Below are positions 40,666-49,728 of a DNA stretch of 63,895 nucleotides, piece by piece; positions within the stretch are counted from its first letter, which is position 1; every line of letters begins with the position of its first letter. The DNA is taken from the IMG/VR virus record IMGVR_UViG_2061766007_003022, one strand, 5' to 3'. A model generated the notes under the pieces. That model did not search any database and was not told the origin of the DNA. It worked only from the letters and a program-made list of their open reading frames with translations. The DNA is from an uncultured virus (IMG/VR IMGVR_UViG_2061766007_003022) (Duplodnaviria; Heunggongvirae; Uroviricota; Caudoviricetes). The position numbers were made by a program, and so were the translations under genes.

Positions 40666-41421
40666 CTACGCTTTTTTCTTCCGGTTCGGCTTCTTCCGCT
40701 GTGTAAGGAGCTCCAAATCCACCGGCCAGTCGCTCATCCGCACCATGGAATAGTCCACTAGCGCCCTAGTATCGTACTGCTTCTTGGCCGTATGGAACCG
40801 CATGAGCGCCAGGGTGTCCTCCGGGAGGCTATCCGGCCCGAGAATGTCGTACTTGATGTGGTTTCTCAGAATCTCGCACATCCAGAATGCGTCGCAGAGG
40901 TCGGAATGGGGGCTCTCGTACTGCTTAGGGAACTGGTCGAACTCCGGATAGTAGAACTGCGGGTATACCGCCTTCATCGCTTCGCACATGGCAATCTTGT
41001 TGGCGTCCCCGTTCCCGGTGGCGAAATGCTTAATCTGGCAGATTCCGTATGTTATGATGCCCTTGCCCTGCAGGTAGAAGTGCCGCCGGTACGCCCCGCA
41101 GAACTCCCCAATCTGGAAAATTGAGTTACTGTTGCCTTCGTTGGCCTTCTCGTATGCGTAATCCTCGAAGGAGATGTACTTGACGTCCTCCATGTCCCTC
41201 TCGAGAATCTTTATGGCACGCTCCTGCCTCACGAGCATGGGAACCTTGTCATAGTCAGTCCCGCTACACATGATGTGGACGTGCTCGGTCTCCAACACCG
41301 CGTTCAGCTTCGGCTGGTACCCGTAGAACTGGATATCCCTAATGTCGAACGTCTCGTCGTCAAGGTCCATTATGACCTTGCCTGACGAGTTCATGGACGG
41401 GTCTATTCCGGCAATCTTCAT
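40666..41421 (-). CDS. RuvC-like Holliday junction resolvase/nuclease
   Basis: IAGIDPS, FEDYAY, IKHFATGNGDANK, DLCDAF acidic RNase H-fold motifs. Confidence 0.8.
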   Translation of the reverse strand: MKIAGIDPSMNSSGKVIMDLDDETFDIRDIQFYGYQPKLNAVLETEHVHIMCSGTDYDKVPMLVRQERAIKILERDMEDVKYISFEDYAYEKANEGNSNSIFQIGEFCGAYRRHFYLQGKGIITYGICQIKHFATGNGDANKIAMCEAMKAVYPQFYYPEFDQFPKQYESPHSDLCDAFWMCEILRNHIKYDILGPDSLPEDTLALMRFHTAKKQYDTRALVDYSMVRMSDWPVDLELLTQRKKPNRKKKA

Positions 41422-41428
41422 GGGGCCC

Positions 41429-43283
41429 CTAGATGTAATTGGACACGGTATCTACCTCGGCCGACTCCTTGGGCAATTCCTGGTCGGTACCGGGAATAGC
41501 CTGGGCCTCCTGCGGCTTGCTCACGGCACGCTTCGGCTGTCCCTTCTGGCCGTTCCTCTGGGGAGAGTTCATCTGGGGTTCTGCCTCGGCTGCCGCAGTG
41601 TTATATGCGTTGACTTCCTCCTTGCTCGGGCTGAACCATCGCATCTGCTTGAAGTCGCAGCGAGTAAGGAATGTGACCAGTGCAGGTCCCAGACGGGATT
41701 TCAGTATATAGTGGCTGAACATGGCCATGCTTCTCAGCACGTCGTTGGCCGTCAGTGAAATCATAAGGTCGGACGTCTCGGCATAACCGGAAGAACCCTC
41801 GACCGACTCGATGCCGGCCTCGGTGTTGTGGTAGCCGGAACGGTTGAACTGCACCGCAGAAAGACATGCGAAGTTCCGCTCGATGGCGATGTCGCGCAAC
41901 TGCTCGGCCTTCGCCACGCCGTCCTGGTACATGCTGGACTCGGAAACCCTGCCTCGGCTGGCCGGCTTCATGATACCTATGTAGTCCACTACCAGCAGGT
42001 CAAGTTTCCCGTGGGCAATCTCGAAAGAGTCGATGACCGCCTCGATTTCCACCGGGGTCGTGGTAGTCTTCATGTAGCGAACCTGAAGCTGACCAGGTCG
42101 AACACCGGTCGCACTGAACTTCGCAACATTCTCATCAATCTTCTTCCTGACCTCGTCGCCAGTAAGGCTCATGACGGAGTAGAAATCAACCTCACATATG
42201 TTGGATGCCAGTCGCTGCCAGACGTAATCCTCGGCAAGTTCCAGCGTGATGTAGAGGACATTGAACCCGTTCTTGTATGCGTATGCCGCCTCCGAACAAA
42301 GCACCAGCGACTTACCGATGTTCGGCTGGCCCACAAACAGTGAGAGCGTCTTGCGGTAGTATCCGCCGCCCACCATCACCCCGTCAAGTCCCGGACGGCC
42401 AGTATAGTAGCGTATCTCGTTGATGCCAGAAGGTATGCACTGTTTCTGCTCGCGCAGTTTCGCCAGGGCAGTATCGGCNNNNNNNNNNAGCATATGCCGC
42501 CTCCGAGCAGAGGACGAGTGACTTACCTATGTTCGGCTGGCCAACAAATAAAGAAAGCGTCTTGCGGTAGTATCCGCCGCCCACCATCACCCCGTCAAGT
42601 CCAGGACGGCCGGTATAGTAGCGTATCTCGTTGATACCGGAAGGTATGCACTGTTTCTGCTCGCGCAGTTTCGCCAGGGCAGTATCGGCATCCGAATATA
42701 GGTTGAGGCCGAGGTCGGTATGCAGGCTATAGGTAACAGCAGCCTGCAGACGCGGAATCAGGTCACGTATCCCGTCGACCTTCTTGTCGTGTATCTGTTC
42801 CGCGGCAGACACCAGCACCTCCTCAGCCAGGCGTTCCTTGAAGAAGGACTCAATCATCAGCACCACGTAGTCCTGATGCATCGTCTGGATGGGTGTGTTG
42901 TAGATGAACATCAGCTTGTCACGGGCCTGTATGGCGTAGTCGTTCGCCCCCATGCCGGTGATAAGCTCCTGGGCCGTGGGTACGCGGCCGTGCTTGTGCA
43001 TGTACTTCCGTATGATTTCCACGATGTTGCGGTTGTTCACGTCCTGGAACAGTTCCGCACGCAGGGAGTCGCGTAGTTTCGGTCCCACTACCGAGTCCTG
43101 GAAGAATACCCTAATTACCAAGTCTTCCCGTGTTAGCGCATATACCTGCTGCTGGGACTGCATGTAGCCACCGGGAGCCACCGGGAGCTGCTGCGGAGGA
43201 GGCGGTTGTATTACCGGGGGATACCCCGGTTGCATCGCCGGAACAGGAGTCTGCACGAGCGCGGGATTTTGCAAATTTTCCAT
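41429..43283 (-). CDS. replicative helicase (T4 gp41/DnaB-like); two overlapping fragments
   Basis: Walker A GQPNIGKS, YITLEL, LVVDYIG, SAVQFNRSG, LKSRLG. Confidence 0.93.
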
Positions 43284-43321
43284 AGCAGTCAAAATCCGAG
43301 TTCGTTCGTTTCCAAATATAG

Positions 43322-43352
43322 CAAAAGCCCGGCCCACGGAGGGACCGGACTT
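43322..43352 (-). terminator. terminator after uvsX, fused to the helicase promoter
   Basis: AAGTCCGGTCCC-TCCGT-GGGCCGGGCTT-TT hairpin followed by T-tract on the minus strand. Confidence 0.6.
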
Positions 43353-43366
43353 CAAATTTTTTTTAA

Positions 43367-43902
43367 TTATTCGTCAGCGGAGCCTTCAGCGATAAGTCCG
43401 AGGGCCTCAGCCTTCTGGGCAGCCTCCCGGATGAACCTGCTGTTCTGCTCGGCATCGGCCTGGTCGAGTGCCGCCTCGNNNNNNNNNNGCTACCTATGTA
43501 CTTGGCGGAGTGAATCTTGTTCTCCGGAGCGACCAGCCATTCCGTGCGCGGCTTGCGCGGGTCGCAGATGACCCACTTCTTACCGAGGAAGGTGGAACCG
43601 TCGGGGTTCTTCGGGAGTTCCAGTCCCGGCCAATCGGCCTGCTTGGTGTATGGCACGATGAGACCGGCTTCCTGGGCCCACACGTGGAGACCGTAGTAGC
43701 GGCTGAGCCCGTTCTTGTAGCTCAGGTAGAGACGGGTGCTAAGTCCTTCATGGACAAGGCGGTTCTTGATGTTACCAACCTGAATGAAGATACCCTGCAC
43801 TTCCTTGACCTTGTTCCCATAATCGTCCTTCTTTCCGCTATCGACACGCTCGGTAATCTTGTAGACGGACAGAATGATGGATGCGGAATACTTCGCGCCT
43901 TC
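43367..43902 (-). CDS. UvsX/RecA-like recombinase, C-terminal fragment
   Basis: GAKYSASIILS, KNRL, GLSRYYGL. Confidence 0.8.
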
Positions 43903-43912
43903 NNNNNNNNNN

Positions 43913-44188
43913 GAACGAGTTCAGCGCGTCACACAGCGTCTTTCCCATGGTGTCCTTCAGGTTTATCCGGGAGGGGACGACATAAATGTCCACGGTCTGT
44001 CCAACCATGTGCCAGGCATCGACCTGCATACCGCAGTCAGTGACGTGCTTTCCCTTCGTTATGGTGGCGTGAGGAGCAGGCTTGCCGTGTATGTCACACA
44101 GGCCCATGTTATCGCCCAGAGCGATATGCCCGGCATCGATGTCTGGCATGTACACTACCTGGGTCTTTCCTAGGTTCTGGAGAATCAT
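43913..44188 (-). CDS. hypothetical protein, partial copy of 46492..47415
   Basis: MILQ...PDIDAG...MGLCDIHG shared with the full copy. Confidence 0.7.
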
Positions 44189-45474
44189 ACGAGGCGGCCC
44201 CTGTTCTTGAACGGTATCGTGATGGTCTGGACGTTACCTCCCGGTACCTCCACGCCCAGAATCAACTTAACCGCGTTCGGCCCGTCGTCCTCGACATGGC
44301 AATACTCGTAAATGAGGGTAATCCGGGGTTCGTACGTGGATATCGCATCCAGGCACTCCTTCATGAGGGCATTATCTCCGTAGACTCCCCGAAGACTGAA
44401 CACCTTCTCCTCCAGAGTGGTACCGAAATCCCTGTTGAACAGCCGTTCTCCACGCCTGGTAAGCAAGCAACTGTACAGGTTCTGAATCATGCTGTTCTCG
44501 TCCGTAATCTCGGCGAACCCGTTGAATGCCATGTCCCTATTGTACGTGGCAGAGTAGCTTACCGTCTTGTCCAGTTCACCCGGGCGCATCCTGTCGTTCA
44601 GCTTCACGGCCCTCGGCTCGGAATATACCACATCGATGTAAACGGTCTCTGAGCAGGGCTTCCACTCCCCTCCGACAAGCTGCATGACCCTGCACGGCAT
44701 ATGACCGGAAATGCCCTCAGGCATCACGAAGGATATGTTGGCCCCGTTGTTCCCGGTAAGCCGTACCCAGTCATCCGGGTCAGAGGACATTCCGATGTCC
44801 ACCCGGAGGTTACCGGTATTGCTGTTGAATAGGCCTTCGTTCATGCTATAGATAGTAACGGTATCGCCCGTAGTCGCAATGGACGGCATTATCTTGATTG
44901 GCAGCTCGACAGGGTCCTCTCCCGGATTCTCATCGCAGGTCTGCGTGATTACCATGTCCTCCAGTATGGTTACCTCGGCGCCTTCCCTTCCGTACATCAG
45001 TATGGCCAGGGATACCGGCATTCCGGACATCACCCACTTGTCCCCTATCTGCGAATCCAGTTCGAAAGCGAACTCGGGATTGTTGGAGAAGTCGCACGAC
45101 CAGTCGCCCGGAGTCTCAGTGTCGTTGGTGGATATCACGCACCTTCCCAAAGGTACACGGCTAATCTTCCCGTACACCACCTCAGCGCGAGTACCTGCGC
45201 TCCAGTCACTGTCAGTAAGCTGGTACAGGCATAACTCGGTAGATACCTCGGTGCTGGCAGTCACCCTGAAAGCGACCCTGAACTTGTTCCCGCTCATCGC
45301 GCCGAGCCGCATCGACGGGGTATACTTCAAAGCCACGAACTTCCTTGTGCCAATTACAAGTCCGGTTCCCGGGGTCGACCCTTCCGGATTGTCAAGGTCG
45401 TAAATCTCCACCTCGGTCGGACAGCGGCTCTCGGTAACCTCGGATGCCCTTATGGTGGAGCCGTTGTCCACGAG
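44185..45474 (-). CDS. gp25-domain baseplate fusion protein, partial second copy
   Basis: LLTRRGERLFNRDFG, YEPRI. Confidence 0.8.
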   Translation of the reverse strand, partial: LVDNGSTIRASEVTESRCPTEVEIYDLDNPEGSTPGTGLVIGTRKFVALKYTPSMRLGAMSGNKFRVAFRVTASTEVSTELCLYQLTDSDWSAGTRAEVVYGKISRVPLGRCVISTNDTETPGDWSCDFSNNPEFAFELDSQIGDKWVMSGMPVSLAILMYGREGAEVTILEDMVITQTCDENPGEDPVELPIKIMPSIATTGDTVTIYSMNEGLFNSNTGNLRVDIGMSSDPDDWVRLTGNNGANISFVMPEGISGHMPCRVMQLVGGEWKPCSETVYIDVVYSEPRAVKLNDRMRPGELDKTVSYSATYNRDMAFNGFAEITDENSMIQNLYSCLLTRRGERLFNRDFGTTLEEKVFSLRGVYGDNALMKECLDAISTYEPRITLIYEYCHVEDDGPNAVKLILGVEVPGGNVQTITIPFKNRGRLV

Positions 45475-45484
45475 NNNNNNNNNN

Positions 45485-46111
45485 AGCACCGAGTTCACCG
45501 AGACGGAAGGTAAGGTCACGGTACATCGCCGAGAGCTTCTTGGCCTTGGTAAGGTCGGTCTTGTCGTCTCCCTTGAGTACGTCGGTAATGTTCTTGGAGG
45601 TGGAAAGCATGCCCTGGGAGTCAAGAACGAACGCAACCTTGTTCGGGTTAATGAGGGTCTTGTTCTTCTCCATGTAGTCTTCCAACTGCTTGAGAATCGT
45701 GGAGATACCATGGTGGCAGTCCTCGACCGTATGGAAGTGCAGGACCTTGAACTGCTGACGCGGGAAGGACGCATAGAACTCGAGGTCTTCGCGGGTAGTC
45801 TCGTTTTCAGTATCGATGTAATAGATAAAGTACTTGTCCTTGAACAGCGGGGGGCAGAAGTTGTACTTGCCGAGCAGAGACTTACCGGAACCCTGCAGGC
45901 CGGCCGTCTGGACGACCTTGTTCTTGGGGAATCCGCCATAGACGTCGCCGGAGAGAAGCACGTTCAGTGCATAGCTCCCGGAGTCGGCGAAACCGTATGT
46001 CGGGCGGTCGACACCCGCGTCGACGAACTTGTCGGTCGTGGTGACCGTATCGAAAAATGCCCACGGATTCTCCGCAAGCGCGTTTGCTCCCTTCTTCTTT
46101 GCTGCAGCCAT
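45485..46111 (-). CDS. UvsX/RecA-like recombinase, N-terminal fragment
   Basis: DSGSYALNVLLSG, GGFP, Walker A AGLQGSGKS, YIDTEN, FVLDS. Confidence 0.9.
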
Positions 46112-46115
46112 AGAA

Positions 46116-46412
46116 TTATTCCTTGTCTTTGGTTCTTAAATAAAAGTGCCACTTACCGAAAACTGAATGAGAAATGCGATATCCCTCAGAACAGCTATTG
46201 TTCATCATCCATATGAGAGGATAGCCCTCGCTAGGAGTATCTCCCGGCCAGTCAGTTCCTGGCGTCCATTCGGGACACATATTGAAGTATGTGGCGAAGC
46301 CGAGGTCCATGTCACCGACAGGCACACCGGCGTCAACCAGTTCCCGGACATTCACTCCGGCAATCCGGGATGCATCGAAGGCATCCCGCAACATGATAAG
46401 ATGCGTTTCCAT
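46116..46412 (-). CDS. hypothetical protein
   Basis: Fills the space between two co-oriented genes and ends 4 nt before uvsX. Confidence 0.5.
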   Translation of the reverse strand: METHLIMLRDAFDASRIAGVNVRELVDAGVPVGDMDLGFATYFNMCPEWTPGTDWPGDTPSEGYPLIWMMNNSCSEGYRISHSVFGKWHFYLRTKDKE

Positions 46413-46491
46413 AGTAGCCAGATAACAATGTAATAAGGGGAAATTCAAAAAGCAAGGGCTTCGGGCCAGAAATTTTTCGTCAAGTGCATTT

Positions 46492-47415
46492 TTATGGAGT
46501 CTGCGATGTCGACAGCAGGTCTATCGCCCTTACGTTCTGCTCCCAGGTGCTCGACATACTCATCACCGGTATGAGGAATACCGAGTGCCCCTGGAACTCC
46601 ACCTTGCTCCATCTGAACTTCAGGTCGCTATGTATCTCTATCGGCTTGTTCGATACAAGTACGTACGGCTTGAAGGTCTTGTCCTTCTCACGGTCTATTA
46701 CGACCGCGTCGCCGAACTCGAGAATTGCCTGCTTCGTCTTCGGGTCGACCGCCTTCACTTCCACGTAAGGCTTCTTCCCGAGCTGCACGTTTACCAGCGC
46801 CTTTCCGTTCATTCGGCTGAACATGTCCTTGCGCCCGTCCTGCATCACAGCAAGGTATTCCCGTAGGTCGAGATAGCCGATGGGATGATACTTCGGCTGG
46901 GCGCCCTTCAGGTGCCATATACCCCACATGTACCGGGCGATTACCGGCTGGAACAGTGCGCCGTTGTTGTCCCCAAGATGCCCCATCAGCTCGAATATGC
47001 CCGGGAAATCCTTCACAGCATCACCATGGGTGGTTATCCCTCTGCCCATCTTGTCAGTGACCGTGTAGCTCTTGCCCTTGTGCTTCGTAGTGAACTTTCC
47101 AGTAAACGAGTACCTCCCGAAGTCATACCGGGGACTGTTGAAGGAATTCAATGCATTCGACACGTCCTCGGCCAGGTCACTCTTCAGGTACACACGAGAA
47201 GGCAGCACAAAGACGTTCACCGTCTGCCCAGTCATCTGCCATGCGCTAACCTTTGCCCCGCAGTCGGTAGTAAAGGTTATCTTCTTGATGAGCGCATGCT
47301 CCGCAGGGGCACCGTGTATGTCACATAGGCCCATGTCATGGCCAATGGCAATCCTCCCGGCATCTATGTCAGGAAGGTAGATGTACTGGGCGGAACCGGT
47401 GTCCTGGAGTATCAT
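46492..47415 (-). CDS. hypothetical protein coupled to the baseplate gene
   Basis: ATGA overlap with 47412..49703; homologue at 43913..44188. Confidence 0.8.
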   Translation of the reverse strand: MILQDTGSAQYIYLPDIDAGRIAIGHDMGLCDIHGAPAEHALIKKITFTTDCGAKVSAWQMTGQTVNVFVLPSRVYLKSDLAEDVSNALNSFNSPRYDFGRYSFTGKFTTKHKGKSYTVTDKMGRGITTHGDAVKDFPGIFELMGHLGDNNGALFQPVIARYMWGIWHLKGAQPKYHPIGYLDLREYLAVMQDGRKDMFSRMNGKALVNVQLGKKPYVEVKAVDPKTKQAILEFGDAVVIDREKDKTFKPYVLVSNKPIEIHSDLKFRWSKVEFQGHSVFLIPVMSMSSTWEQNVRAIDLLSTSQTP

Positions 47416-49703
47416 ACGATGCGACCCCGGTACTTAAACGGAATACTTATTGTCTGGACGTTCCCTCCCGGAACCTCCACTCCGAGCACCAGGCACAACG
47501 CGTTGGGACCGGCGTCCTCAACATGGCACTGCTCATAGACCAGAGTAATCCTCGGCTCGTATGTCGAGATGACATCCAGGCACTCCTTCATAATCGCATT
47601 GTCGTTCCGGGAGTCACGCAACCTAAAGACCATTTCCTCCAGGCTTGAGCCAAAGTCCCTGTTGAACAGTCGCTCGCCCCTGCGAGTCAGCAGGCAGCTG
47701 TACAGGTTCTGGATAAGGCTGTTCTCGTCGGTAATCTCGGCAAACCCGTTGAAGCCGAGGTCCCTGTTGTACGTGGCGTTGTAGCTGACAGTACTGGTTA
47801 TCTCGCCAGCCCGCATGCGCTCGTTCAGCTTCACGAGGCTTGGCTCGACAACATATATGTCAATTATGATGCTGGCCGAGCACTGCTTCCACTCGCCATC
47901 GACCAACTGCATCACGCGTATCGCCTGCCGTCCGGTAATGTTTTCCGGTACGGTGAATGACACGCTACTACCCGTATTGCCACTGACCCTGACCCAAGAG
48001 TCGGGGTCGTCCGAGTTACCGACAGCCACCCGGAGATTCCCGGTAAGCGACGTGAACTCGCCATCGTTGAGGCAGTACAGGGTCACTGTGTCTCCCGGGG
48101 ATGCGACAGCCGGGGCTGCCTTGACCGGGAGGGGAACGGTGTCGATTGCAGATTCCGCAGTGCATACCTGGACTATTGCGACGTTATCGGTGACAGATAC
48201 AACCGCGCCATCCCTGCCGTACAGCAGAATGATTACCGACACTGTCTTGTTGGCAGCAACCCAGCGGTCGCCTATGTCGGAATCGACCACGAAGGAGAAC
48301 TCCGGGCGATTGCTGAAGTCGCATGACCAGTTCTGCTGCGACTCGACTGCGTGAGTGGAAATTTCAACCCTGGATATGGGAACCTTGTCCATCTTGGCAT
48401 ATACGTGCTGCGCAGTGGATTCTATCGACCAGTCAGAATCGGTCAGCTGGAACATGCACAGGTCCGTAGCGACCTCGGTGCTGTCCGTGACCTTTATGGT
48501 GAACTTGAACCGGTTTCCTGAACGCGAACCAAGCCGAGTAGACGGGTTAAACTTCAGCGCAACGAACTTCCTGGTAGAAATCTCGTACTGGTCTCCTGTA
48601 ACGGAACCATCCGGCGAGTCAAGGTCGAAGCTGGCCATCTCTGTCGGCGTCCTGGTATCGTTCACCGTCGATATCTTCCGGGTGGACATGTTGTCCACCA
48701 ACGGCTCGCCGTCCTCGTCAACCATCGGGTTTGCCGGTATATCCCATACCGGCGTTCTAGGCGAGTATAAAATCTGCCCGAAGTCGCTATCCAGCATTAT
48801 CTCGGCTGAACGGCATATGAAGGCATTCTGCGAAGGCGTGTCGACGATTGCGTTCCTTACCATCTCGTCAGACGAAGTTACCAGGGTAATCCGGTCATTG
48901 GCCAGGAAAGTATTCCTCTGCCACATGACCAGAGCCTCGGAAAGACTCGGCTCGATGGATTTATTCACATAATATCCACAGGTTATCCACTTACTACCAA
49001 CAATATTGCCTATTTCATCGCTGGTATACTTCAGCACCGGCGTCTCGCCTGTACTGTAGAATACCGTAGTGTACATGAACGTAGTCTTGTTGATTACCTT
49101 AATCCTATAGGTGCCGTTATACCGCTCGCCATGCATTCCTACCGCGTGCGAACCCGCAGGCAACCCCGATATCGTAATGGCGTCACCTGTAGAGAACCCG
49201 TGTTCGTCCTGGGTCTTGACGGTAACCTGGTTGTTGTCCGGTGAATAGCTTATCTCCCGGATTGCACAGGAGCTCTCCAGTTCCTCGACCAGGATATTTA
49301 CCGGGAGGTTGTTGGAATCGTATGTACCCAGCAAATACGATGCGCCGGACAGAGTAACGGGATTACCGGATTCGTTATAAAACCTTATGGTATGTACATT
49401 CGTGGCAGTCGTGAATTCACAGTCGACTTCCGTGTTGAATGACAGGTTCGTAGATGCATCGGAAATATCCACATAGGCCGGACGGAAAGTACTGTTCCAG
49501 TCATCATAGGTGATTACATCATACGTATTCGAGACGGCATGTAGGCCAGTAGATGTAACCCCGGTAAAGTCGTTCGTGCCGTTGTAATTGTAAAACAGCC
49601 GCGCCCTGTACTTATTCGACTGCATATCCGGGTTAAACCGGAAATACAGCGAGTAGGTAAGGTCATTGGCGATTTCACCACGGATTTCTTCCAATGCATT
49701 CAT
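47412..49703 (-). CDS. 763-aa baseplate protein with C-terminal gp25/GPW domain
   Basis: DENSLIQNL...LLTRRGERLFNRDFGSSL...YEPRI; beta-rich N-terminal domains (HGFSTGDAITISG; PAVASPGDTVTL). Confidence 0.85.
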   Translation of the reverse strand: MNALEEIRGEIANDLTYSLYFRFNPDMQSNKYRARLFYNYNGTNDFTGVTSTGLHAVSNTYDVITYDDWNSTFRPAYVDISDASTNLSFNTEVDCEFTTATNVHTIRFYNESGNPVTLSGASYLLGTYDSNNLPVNILVEELESSCAIREISYSPDNNQVTVKTQDEHGFSTGDAITISGLPAGSHAVGMHGERYNGTYRIKVINKTTFMYTTVFYSTGETPVLKYTSDEIGNIVGSKWITCGYYVNKSIEPSLSEALVMWQRNTFLANDRITLVTSSDEMVRNAIVDTPSQNAFICRSAEIMLDSDFGQILYSPRTPVWDIPANPMVDEDGEPLVDNMSTRKISTVNDTRTPTEMASFDLDSPDGSVTGDQYEISTRKFVALKFNPSTRLGSRSGNRFKFTIKVTDSTEVATDLCMFQLTDSDWSIESTAQHVYAKMDKVPISRVEISTHAVESQQNWSCDFSNRPEFSFVVDSDIGDRWVAANKTVSVIILLYGRDGAVVSVTDNVAIVQVCTAESAIDTVPLPVKAAPAVASPGDTVTLYCLNDGEFTSLTGNLRVAVGNSDDPDSWVRVSGNTGSSVSFTVPENITGRQAIRVMQLVDGEWKQCSASIIIDIYVVEPSLVKLNERMRAGEITSTVSYNATYNRDLGFNGFAEITDENSLIQNLYSCLLTRRGERLFNRDFGSSLEEMVFRLRDSRNDNAIMKECLDVISTYEPRITLVYEQCHVEDAGPNALCLVLGVEVPGGNVQTISIPFKYRGRIV

Positions 49704-49728
49704 CGTGCAGTCATCCCCTTATAGCCAA

